This document shows positions 12,801 through 24,800 of a stretch of 64,000 nt of DNA, piece by piece. Source of the DNA: Malacoraja senta (lineage: Eukaryota); assembly GCA_038087875.1 (NCBI GenBank), contig CM075989.1:9116001-9180000 (forward strand), read 5' to 3'. A program made the translations under genes and the position numbers. Positions within the stretch are counted from its first letter, which is position 1. Each line of letters begins with the position of its first letter. The notes beneath the pieces were generated by a model, which saw nothing but the letters and a program-made list of their open reading frames with translations, was not told the DNA's origin and ran no database searches.

Positions 12801-15800
12801 TTAAAAGGGTCACTCAGTGTAGATAGAAGTTTGAGGCGACACAGTGGCGAAACGGTGGAGTTGTTGCCTTACAGCACCAGAGGACTGGGTTCGATTCTGA
12901 CTACTGGTGCTGTCTGTACGGAATTCAGCCTTGCCAATATTGCCCAGGGCAGCAGAGGCAGGGTTAGTTTAGTTTTGAGATAGTGTGGAAACAGGCTCTT
13001 CAGCCCACCATATCTGTGCTGACCAGAAATCGCCACACACTGGCACTATCCTACACACCAGCAAGAATGGAACTCGCTATCAAAACATGGAGGGGACGGG
13101 GGACACAATTTTTTGGCGGCCGCGCGCGCATGCGCACACTCACACACACGCGTGCGAGGCTTCGGAGGCTCAATCCAGCGCTAAATGCAGCTCAACTCTG
13201 CCTGTCTCACCGGGTTAACTACAGCCCTGACTGGGCTGACGGGACACCAGCGCTGCTTCTCCGCGCTGGCCATATTTCCCACAAACCCAGGCAGGTTCAC
13301 CTGGCGGGACAGGAAGAGTTTAGCTGGGTTTAGTGCTGTTTCTCTGGGCTGGCTGTGGGCCTGGGGGCACAGCTCTCGTCTGACTCCCGACCTCTCTGGC
13401 CACCCGTGGGGGGCCACTCGGGACAGCGCCGGGATCGATCCTGCCTGCGGATGAGGCGCAGGTCTGTGCCACGTCTCCCTCCTCCAATCATCGCGCCCTC
13501 GATCAGCAGTCCCACCCCCACTATCTCGCGGAAAGCGAAGATTTTAAAATACGGATCACAAAAACTTGGGGGGGATGTCCCCCACCACTCAAAACATGGG
13601 GGGGACATGTCCCCTCTGCCCCCAACCCCCCCCCCCGGGTTTTCCGCCCCAGCTAACCAGAGACAATTTACAATTTTTTCCAAAGCCGAATTAACCTAGA
13701 AACATGTACATCTTTGGAGTGTGGGAAGAAACCAGAGCACCCGGAGAAAACCTACGCGTTCACGGGGTGAATATACAAACTCAGTACAGACAGCACCCAT
13801 AGTCAGGATCGAACCCGAATCCCTGGCACTGAAAGGCAGCAACTATACTGCGTCACCACCGTCCGCCCTAAATCTCTCCCAAGAGCAAGAGATTGAGTGT
13901 TATCCAGCAGAATAGCAAGCAATAGGATTCAGTCGCTCAGGATCTAAACCTGGCTTCAGCCTGTGAAGCCCACTGTACCTGTGGGGTCTTGTATTGCTAC
14001 TGGCTTTCTGCATAACGTTACATGTAGTTTTCAGTGCAAGATTCTGCTGTAACATTCAGAACCTACTGGTTTGTTTTACAGAGAGTTTTCATTTTCAATA
14101 GTTTTCTGGAAATTACCGACACTTCCCAAAATTCCCGCTTTGGCTCCGCAATCGCTGCCGTTCGCGATCTCAACCACGACTCGTTCAACGACGTGGTGGT
14201 GGGAGCGCCGCTGGAAGATGACCATCATGGGGCTATCTACGTGTTTCACGGATTCGACAAGAACATCCTGAAGGGCTACAAGCAGGTACGAGGTCCAGTG
14301 TTATCCAGAACAGTGCCACCTCCAAACCCCACACTCACTGGAGGCTCCACTCCCATCTCAAGCAGGCTCTCTCTCTCGGACTCTTCCCGTAGCTGCATGC
14401 TTGTTTAACAAAGCATCAGACACGGTAACTTCCTCTAAACAAGGCGCCGCTTGCATGCGGCCTCAGTGGACTATTTCTGTACACTTGCTAATCGAGGATG
14501 TGCTTGGGTATGGCAATACTCTACTGGACTGTATTTAAGAAAATAACTTAGATTTTAAGGTCATAAGATCATAAGTGATAGGAGCAGAATTAGGCCATTT
14601 GGCCCATCGTCTACTCTGCCATTGAATCGTGACTGATCTATCTCTGCCTTCTAACCCCATTCTTCTGCCTTCTCTCCATAACCTGACACCCGTACTAATC
14701 AGGAATCCATTGATCGCTGCCTTAAAAATATCCATTGACTTGACCTCCACAGCCTTCTGTGGCACAGATTCCACAGATTCATCACAGATTAACTGTGTAT
14801 CTGCACCTATGACTATAAAAGCACCATTGAACCACTACCCATTCCCTATCCCTCGCCATCGTTTCCCAACATCACCAATGGTTTGGTTTGGTTTGTTATT
14901 ATTGTCCACGTGTACCGAGATAAAGTGAAAATTTTATTTGCCTGCTATCCTTTCAAATCATATTTCACATGAGTACAATCTAGTCAGACGCAAGTACAAC
15001 GGAAAATAAAAAATAAAAAATGCCAGAGTGCAGAATACAGTGTCACAGAATTATCGCGTTACAGATACAGGGGGAAAAGTGCAAGGTCCGCAATGAGGTA
15101 GGTTGGAAGATGGGGACCGCATCTTAGCTTATGGGAGAACCATTCAGTGGTCTTATAACAGCAGGGAAGAATGATATATAAGTTTAATTCTTACATAAAC
15201 TTGCATTTAGATAGCAACTAAGCTCCTCACTGGAGTATAACCAGATAAGAAGCATTGATGCCAAGTTCAGGGAGGAGAGAATAAGATAGGTGCTGAAATA
15301 ATGGTCATAGAAAGATACAACATGGAAACAGGCCCTTTGACCCATCGAGTCCATGCTGACAAGTCATGAATGGCATTTAAGGCATTAGAATGTTATTGTT
15401 GTCATTAATCTCTGAAGAATGCAATGATATTCTTAGAATAAAGGGGAAGACTGAGGTGAGAAAACAACGTTTTCACCCAGAGTTGTGAATTTGTGGAATT
15501 CCCTGCCACAGAGGGCAGTGAAGGTCAAGTAACTGGATGGATTGAAGAGAGAGTTCGATAGAGCTCTAGGGGCTAGTGGAATCAAGGGATATGGCAAGAA
15601 GGCAAGCATGGGTTATTGATTGGGGACGATCAGCCATGATCACAATGAATGGCGGTGCTGGCTCGAAGGGTCGAATGGCCTCCTCCTGCACCTATTTTCT
15701 ATGTTTCTATGTTTCTAAACATCCATCCATTTACACTAATCCTACACAAATCCAATCCAACTTTATTCTCTCCATATTGCTATACATTTCTCCAGGTTCA

Positions 15801-18800
15801 ACTCCTCACCTACACACAAGGGGCAATTAACTCAACAATCCATGTATCTTTGGGATGTGGGGGGAAACCAGAGCACCCGGAGAAACACGGAGATGGTGGC
15901 ATGGATTCAGTGGGTCAAAGGGCCTGTTTCTATTCTGTATCTCTAAATTAAACTAAATTGGAGTCACTCTTAGTTTATTATTTAATCATTTATTTCTCAA
16001 TTATAAAACAAACTTAATTTAACAAACATGAAGAACCAAAACATAATTTTACAGCAACTAAGAATGTTATGCTCTTTTCAGGGAATGGAGGGATATGCAT
16101 CACGTGCCGGCAGAGGAGATTAGTTTAACTTGGCATCCTGTTCAGCAGGAACATTGTGGGCTGAAGGGCCTGTCCTGTGCCATGCTGTTCTATGTTCTCA
16201 CTCAATGAAATGGCTGGTGTCCGATGAATGAATGGGTGAATGAATTACGTCGATGCGTCTGTTGGTGGTTAATCACTTCTGCCAGTAATTATAAAGTTGT
16301 GAGGTTACTTGAGTGAAAACAAATGTTCTTAATAACTTAAATAGAGAGAATAATTCAAGTCAAACTGAACTCTGCAGCTTTCTGTGTTAGTTCTACAGGC
16401 TTTTCTCGTTGATTCACCCTTCAACCTCCCGCTAGATTTAAAGCAGGTTCGCTGGCATAGCTCATGGCATCTCAGATGCCAGCTGCATCTGAGCTCTATG
16501 GTTATTTGTACTTGGGCTGACACTGTAAATACAACACTTCCTCGGTTAACAAATGGTGAGCCAAAGTGAGCCTCGTTCAAAAGCAAAATCCTGCAGATGC
16601 CGGGAATCTGAAACAAAGCCAGGGAATGCTGGCACCAGTGCAGTTTACATACCACCTGGAGAAAGAGAGACAGGGTTAACATTTTAGGTCAAAACTGTTC
16701 TGGTAAAAGGTTATCGACCTGAAGCATCAACTGTTTACCTCCCTATAGATTCTGCCTGACTTACTGAGTATTTCTACCATTTTCTGCTTTAGATTTTGAT
16801 TCCTAGAGTGGAAATGTCAAGGACTAAAGGGCGTAGATTTAAGGGCCTGTCCCACTTGGGCGTCATTTGCGTGTCATTTACACGACATCCTAAAAATTGG
16901 TTGGCGCGTCGTGATGCGGCATGGCATGCATGACGCGCGCAATGCGCATGGTGAGGCATGGTGGCGTGGTGGCGTATGCAGTGACGCACAGTAGCGCGTG
17001 GCGCCCCAGGATTTTGGGATGCTCAAAATCCTCGCGCGCCACCTGCGTGACGCGCAAATGACGCCCAAGTGGGACAGGCCCTTTAAGGTTTGCATGAGAC
17101 GTGTGCAGCAGGTTTTATGCACAGAGAGTGGTGTTTAAAGGGCCTGTCCCACTTAGGCGGTTTTTTAGGTGACTACAGGCGACTAGGCTGTCGCCACATG
17201 GTTGCCGGGGTGTTGCCTGTATGGTCGCGAGTCGTCTCCTCAGTCGCCCAAAGAGTCGTAGCGTCTTTTTGGTCGCCGCTGGATTTTCAACAAGTTGAAA
17301 AATGTTCGGAGACAGTCGGCGACAGTGGGTTTGACGCCAATGAGCGTAGCTTGACTTCTCCTGACGTAGGTGCTGTCATAGTTGTCGCCAGGTTAACGTA
17401 GGTTGTCGCCAGGTGCTGACTCCGTGGTTTTTTTTTGTTAAAGTTATGATTCTAGTTCAAATTTTATGTCGAAGGGGGGTCCAGTCATCGTTTTTTCGTC
17501 GACCTGCTACGACTATGACAGTACCAGCAGTCGCCTAAAAATAGGCTAAGTGGGACAGGCCCTTAAGAGGCATTTGGGTAGACACATAGATATGCAGGGA
17601 ATGGATCAGGAGCAGGCAGAGGAGATTCGTTTATCTTGGCATGGACATTGTGGGCCAAGGGTCTGTTCCTGTGATCTATGACCACATCCTGTTGCTGCCA
17701 CTTCCCATGTTGGCTCCCTCTAGACATGCCACAGTTTTCAATTATCCTCACGATGGTGAGGATCCCGTCTGATTCCCGCCTTGCTCATGCAGTGGCGTTA
17801 GCGCCAGCACAGTGGCTATCATCCTAATGACGGACATGGCCCAAGTATGGCCATGAAATTATGTACAGGTTCACCACCGATTTTCCGACAACTTTGGGTC
17901 CAGAACCTTTCTGGATTATCCGTTTTGCCGGACCAACAGATGTCACAGCCTCAGAGGAGTCAAACGATTTCAGAACGGTCCACCTAGGCTGACAGGGGGC
18001 CGAGATACCGGCCCGCAGAAACAGCCTCGGAAGTCGGCTATGGGAACGGATCTGCCGGCTCCGGCTGGGCCAGACTTCCGGAGCCCCGGCCGCAGAGGGG
18101 AAAATTTGACCCGCCGATCGGCCACGGAGGTCCCAATCAGGTCGAGATTGGCTGCCTCGCCTGCTAGGCCTCACATTGTCGGAGGGACTTCCAGGAGGCG
18201 GGTTCAAGTGAGCTCTCGTAATTTTGGCCGGTTTGAAGCAGAGGCCGGCCGGACCACCAATTGCTGGAAAAGTAAACGCTGTAGCACCCTGTCGGACCTA
18301 TTTGTGACCTATGGCCAGCAGGAATCTCATTGCCCTCTGAAAAGCCTCAGTTCCAGCATAGTTATGGTTGGCCAATGGATCTTGACCAGTTCCTGTGGAT
18401 GAATTAAAAAAGAGATTTTTGAACATACTAATGTTGCTAAAAGTAAAAGCCTGGTGCTTACATAAATGGCCATGTTGGCTACACGCCATCCAGAAAGCTG
18501 TGACTGAACTCCTGTTTGAGAAGAAACAGTGGTGTTGGCTTGCATTCCAGTGGTTAAGGCACTCGCGTTCCTCTGACGTTATAGCACCAAACACTATAGG
18601 CAGGTGGACATGATTTAAGTTGCAGGATTGTCCGTTACATCGGTTAATGAATGCAGCTGGAATTCGCTTTGACGATTGACACTGAGGTAGTCGCACCCTG
18701 AACCTTCTTCTTCTTCTTGCGTATGGCGTACACGGCCTAAAGTTGTAGGACAACTTGTTCTATTTGATCTTATTTGATTGTGCACGCCAGGTTGATTGCA

Positions 18801-21800
18801 TTCGTCGAAACAGGGCGGACCACGTGAAGGTTGCAATCTCCCTCCCCGCACCCTGAACCAAGCTCTGTTCACTCTGGCAGTGCCCTTACAGCGCCAGAGA
18901 CCAGGGTTTGGTCCCGACTACGGGTGCTGTCTGTACGGAGTTTGTACGTTCTCCCTGTGTCTGAGTGGGTTTTCACCGGGTGCTCCGTTTTTTTCCGCAC
19001 ATTCCAAACATGTGCAGGTTCGTAGATAGATAGATAGATAGATAAACATTTATTGTCACATACACCAATTGGTGCAGTGAAATTTGACTTGCCATGCAGC
19101 ACACAAATAAAGATAACATCCAAGAATTTAACAACAACATAAAAACATCCCCCCACAATGGTTCCCACTGTGGGGGAAGGCAGCAAAGTCCAGTCCCATC
19201 CCCAGTTCACCCATAGTCGGGGCCTATTGAGGCCTCTGCAGTCGCCGCTACGGCAGCCCGATGCTTCGGGCCCTCTCGTCGGATGATGGAATTCTGGCAT
19301 CGGGTGAACACTCTCAGCGGCCCGGAGTGTCAGGAGTGGCCGCCTCCTCCCAGTAGACCACAGCTCCCGAAGTCCACGAGCCGCGCTGGTCGATGCTCCG
19401 ACTCTGGCGACCTCGTCGTGAGATCCCAGGCTCCACGGTGTTTGAAGCTCAGCGCCGCCCGCGGCTGGAAGCTCCACTGACCGCAGACCGCAGACTGCAG
19501 CTCCGCGATGTTGGTGCCGGCGGTCACAGCACTCCGGAGCTTACTGCACGGCGACCCGGGTTAGGCATCGCCCGCTCCGCGATGGTGCTTCAGCGCTGTG
19601 CCGCCGCCGAAGCTGAAGTCCTGGCCGGTCCCGGCAGGAAAACGCCGCTCCAGTCTGCCCATAGGCCGCGAGGAAGGGGTGAAGATACGGCTCGGAGAAA
19701 AGCCGCATCTCCGACCAGGTAGGGACTGCGAAAATAGTTTCCCCCTTCCCCCCCCCCCCACACATAAAAAGACTAAAGACCTCCAAAAACAAACACTTTT
19801 AACTAACTAAAATTTTTTTTAAAAAGGGTGAAAAAACTAACAGCTGCTGGCAGTGTGTAGGATAGAACTAGTGTACGGGGAGATCACTGGTGGTGTGGAA
19901 ACAATGGGCTGAAGGGCCTGTTTCCACGCTGTATCTTTAATCAAATAAATTAAACACTCCACTGGCCGCAGTGTTCATGTGACTTAGGTACGGTAGATAA
20001 AATGATGAGGGGGACTGATAGAGGAGACTGCAAAATCTTTCCCCTTATCAGAGGTGAATGAAACTACATGGTGAATAAAACTAGAGTAATGCAGGTAAGA
20101 GATTTGGAGAGAACGTGAAGGAGAAATTTGTCAGCCAGACAGTGGTGAGTACCTGGAATGCATCGCAAGAGAGTGGTAGAGACAGAGTCACTGACAGTAT
20201 TGAGGAGGTGTTTAGATGATCACTTGAATTGCTTGACATTGAAGGGTAGCTGGGGCAAAGGGCCTGTTCAGTGACGCTAACCACCCACAAATGAACAAAT
20301 GGACCAATTTCTTTCCCCTTAATGTCACCAGCTCCAATGGAGATGCTTGGTTCGGAAGGCACCTGATCTGAATAACATACTCCATGTCATTGGAGCTAGT
20401 TGATCACCTGGCTCACCCTCTACCATCCAAGAGCAGCATAGTGGCGCAGCGGTAGAGTTGCTGCCTTACAGCACCAACCAGGGTTCAATCCTGACCACAG
20501 GTGCTGTCTGTATAGAGTTTATACATTCTCCCTGTGACCCGCGTGAGTTTTCTCCGGGTGCTCCAGTTTCCTCTCACACTCCAAAAGACCTACAGGTTTG
20601 TCAGTTAATTGGCTTTGTTAAGTGTTTATGATGGTGTTTGTGTACGGGGTGATCGCTTGTCGGCGTGGACTCGGTGGGCCGAAGAGCATGTTTCCGAGTT
20701 GTATCTCTAATGTCTAATGGTTCGTTGGTTAATTGGCTTCTGTAAATTGTTCCTTGTGTGAAGGATAGTGCTATTGTATGGGGTAATCGCTGGTCGGCTC
20801 GAATACATAGGGCCAAAGGGCCTGTTTCTGCTTTGTATCTTTAAAGTCTAAAGTCTAAAGGGCCTGTCCCACTTGGGCGTCATTTGCGCGGCACGCAGAT
20901 GGCGCGCGAAGATTTTGTACATCCCAAAACCCTGGGGCGTCGCGCACGACCGCGCGTCACTGCCTACATCAATGGAGTTGTTGACTAACAATGGGATTCT
21001 GTTTCATCAGTTAGTCCAGAGAAATCAGTCAAACTGTTCGAAAGGTCTAAGACGGACACAAAATGCTGGAGTAACTCAGCAGGACAGGCAGACTTCAGCG
21101 TCTGAAAAAAAGGTCTCGACCCCAAATGTCACCCATTCCTTCTCTCCAGAGACGCCGTCAGCCCCACCAAGTTACACCAGCTTTTTTTGTCTATCTTCGA
21201 TTTAAACCAGCACCTTCAGTTCCTTCCTGCATGAAAGTTATTCTATATTGGAGGCTTTGCAGGAATCATTGGACACCTGGTGCTCCCTGGCCACACCATG
21301 TGCTCAACCTCCCACCTGCAGGCCTTTGTAAACACAGATGCCACTTGTTCAATGATCATCCTCATTGTTGCACTGCAATGTTGCTCTTGCCCCATCCTCC
21401 CGCTATAACTTCATCTCCTTCTTGCGTATGGCCTGCACAGCCTAAAGTTGTAGATCAAGGGTAGACATCCAGACCGGGACAGCATCAGTTACTGGGTGGG
21501 TGGCTTTGATGCCACTTGGGAAAAGCCTCAGGGAGCATTCATCCACGCTATAACTAACGGACGGATGCATTGTGGGGACACACTTCACTCTCGGCAAACG
21601 TAACACACTCACCTTTCTCTGTGGTTGCTGCTTTACAGAGGATCGGTGCCTCCGAGGTCAGTCCTGGCCTGCTCTACTTTGGCCGCAGTATCCACGGACA
21701 GTTGGACATGAATGACGATGGGCTGGTGGACCTGGCAATCGGTTCTCTTGGCAGCGCCATTCAGCTATGGTTTGTTCAATATATTTACTCATAGTTTTGC

Positions 21801-24800
21801 CGATGATTTATGCAGCCACATATTTTACCATTAGTCCAACTGCAACCATTTCTCCCTGGAACCTGAGTTCTTCACAATCCCAAAAGGATCGTATAGGGTT
21901 CGCAGTTTGGTTCCTGGGCTGCAATGAGTGAATTACTTTCAGTCCAAGGCGCATCTCTGGAGAAGATGCCTCCTCTCACTTGCCCAGGGCAGAGGTTTCA
22001 TGACCGTGAGCTCCACACTGTGGTCCATCCATGGAGCCGTTGCATTTACTCTTCAGTGTTCCCTTCTGCAAGTCCAGCCAGTGTGACACAGTGCCGCAGC
22101 GAACGAATTGCTGTCGGACAGCGCCAGAGACCCGCGATCAGTCCTGTCTACGAGTGCTGTCTGTACGGAACGTGTGGGTTTCCTCCCTTTTCATCCCGCA
22201 TTCCAAAAACGTGCAGGTTTGTAGGTTAATTTGCTCCTGTAAAACTGTCCCTAGTGTGTAGGATAGAACTAGTGTGAACAGTTTGGTCGGCACAGACTTG
22301 GTGGGCTGAAGGGCCTTTTTCTGCGCTGTATATCTAAACTAAACTAAGTCCCGCTCTGCATCTCCATCGCTCTGAAGCCACTGGGGTGTTTGTCAATTTA
22401 GCAACAACCACGTGAAGAGTCCTCTGTCCCACAACACAGCTTGTGTCTCCTGTGGACTCACCATTCAGGAGAAAGCAACGCTTTATAGGTAAAACACAAA
22501 GGGCTGGAGTAACTCAGTGGGTCAGGCAGCATCTGCGGAGGGAATATACAGGCAACATGTCCAGTCGGGACTCAAGAATGATCTTAATCTGAAACATAGC
22601 CTATCCATTCCGACCTCATGCTGCCTGACCCACTGAGTTACTCCAGCAGATAGACACAAAATACTGGAGTAGGGTCAGGCAGCATCTCTGGGGAAAAAGA
22701 ATAGGTGACATTTGAGTTGGAACCCTTCTTCAGACACTCCAGTATCCATGGTTTGCTCCAGATTCCAGCGTCTGCATGTCTTACTGCCTCGGTGCTTCAG
22801 AGGTGCTGAATAACTCAGCTAGTTCTCATTCTTTAACCATCAGGTCTCGTAGCATAATCCAGGTCAACGCCAGCATGAGATTCGAACCAGCGAAGATCAA
22901 CATCTTCAACAAGAACTGTCGGAGAAACGACAAAGAGTGCAGCTGTATGACCGTGCTCATCTGCTTCACAGTTACAGCCAAAACGCCTGGGCTTCAGAAC
23001 GACACCTTGGGTGAGTGTGGTGTTCACACAGCGCAGGGAACTATTGGTGACTTTACAAGCTGCCAACCTCATTACAGTATGGTCGATCAAGAATGGACTG
23101 GAGAAGCTAGTCTGTCAAGGTATCCAGACTCCCAACTCCATCCAATGCTGCAAATCTAGTCTAGGGGGCAACAGAGGTCCTGATAGTTACATATGGAATT
23201 CATGACCATTTTAAGGAGCAGTTAACTCTCCCTTGTAGTCAGTGATTGTCCCAAACCAACACCATGGAAACCATTATTTAGTCCTTTTATATCATGATAG
23301 CCCCTGTTACATTACAGATAAACTCAAAATGCTGGAGTAGCTCAGTGGGTTAAAGCCCTGTCCCACTGTACGGGTTCATTCAAAGCATTCTCCCGAGTTT
23401 ATCCTGATTCGAACTCGGAGATTTACGGTAATGGCCGCTCGCAGGTACTCGGGGCTCTCGTGGACATTTTTCAACATGTTGAAAAATCTTCACAAGTCTT
23501 CCCGAGCTTACCTGCCGTTAGCGAGTCTTCCCGAGTACCTGCCGTTAGCGTTATGAGCCGCTAAGGGACGTCCCCGAGCTCCGACGTACCCGCTACGTTC
23601 ATTCTACGTGCTTACCATGAGTTTGATTTTTTTTTTTACTCGGGAGAGCTCTTGGAATGAACTCGTACAGTGGGACAGGGCTATTAGGCAGCATCTCTGG
23701 ATAGAAGGAATGGGTGAAGTTTCGGGTCAAGACCCTTCTTCAGACTGAGAGCAAGGGTCTCGACCAGAAACGTCACCCATTCCTTCTATCCGGAGATGCT
23801 GCCTGTCCCGCTGAGTTACTCCAGCATTTTGTGTCCATCTTAGAGAAGATGGAGGTTGAGCAAGCTTCGTAAACTGCTGGGGGGACACCCGGAGTGGTGG
23901 GATGGAGATCCAGGACCACGAACCTGTGATGATGAAGCAACGATGATGGAGATGAGGAGGAAATTCTTTTGCGAGAGGGTGGTGAATCTGTGGAATTCAT
24001 TCTCACAGACTGTGGTGGAGGCCAAGTCACTGGGTATTTTAAAGTCGGAGTTTGATAGGTTCATGATTAGTAAGGGTGTCAAGGGTTACGAGGAGAAGAC
24101 AGGAGAATGGGGGAGGGAAATAGATCAGCAATGATCGAATGGCGGACCGGGGTGGGGGTGGGGGTGAGGGGGAGATGGGATCTCAGTGATGGGAATGCCA
24201 TTCAATGTCAAGGGAGGTTTAGCTTCTCAATTTGAGGAGATGGTCTTTGCTTGTCACTTTGGTGGTGCCATGTGGAGGGAATGCACACCTTGTCAGTGAA
24301 CAATGCAATGAACACTGTGGAAATCTGTCTGAATCTGACAATGGAAAGATCATTTTTGATTTTTTTAATTTAGCCATTATGTACAATGTTTCCATCAACG
24401 AACGAAGATTCACACCCAGAGCGCTCTTTGATGACAACTTTGAAAAGTACATTCACAGCAACATCAGCGTGGAACCCGAATTGGAGACCTGTGACCAATT
24501 CAACTTCCACGTCCTCGTAAGTACCGGACTTTGGCATGCATTATATATACGTAGATAGAGCATGGAAACAGGCCATTCGGCCTACCAATTCCACGCCAAC
24601 AACCAGGCCCATTTACGCTACTTCTCCAGCAAGCTGGTGCCAGAGCAAAGTGACTCTTTGCCTGCCAGCCCCAGCAGATCTATTTTCATCTGCTAAAGTT
24701 CAGAAGTCATAGGAGCATAAGTAGGTTATTCGACCCATCCAGCCTACTCCGCTATTCAGTCAAGGCTAATCTATCTTTCACTCTCAACCTCATTCACCTG

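Noticed and set aside
16839..17566. TTAA-targeting piggyBac/Kolobok interpretation of the MITEs
   Set aside because: Restoring the host repeats gives 3-bp TTA/TAA duplications; several copies (28266, 34215, 37018) lack TTAA on one side
18869..19792. Long GC-rich ORFs (up to 202 aa) and a CpG-island-like promoter
   Set aside because: They lie within a retroposon that splits a SINE; no recognisable domain, and stop-poor only because of GC content
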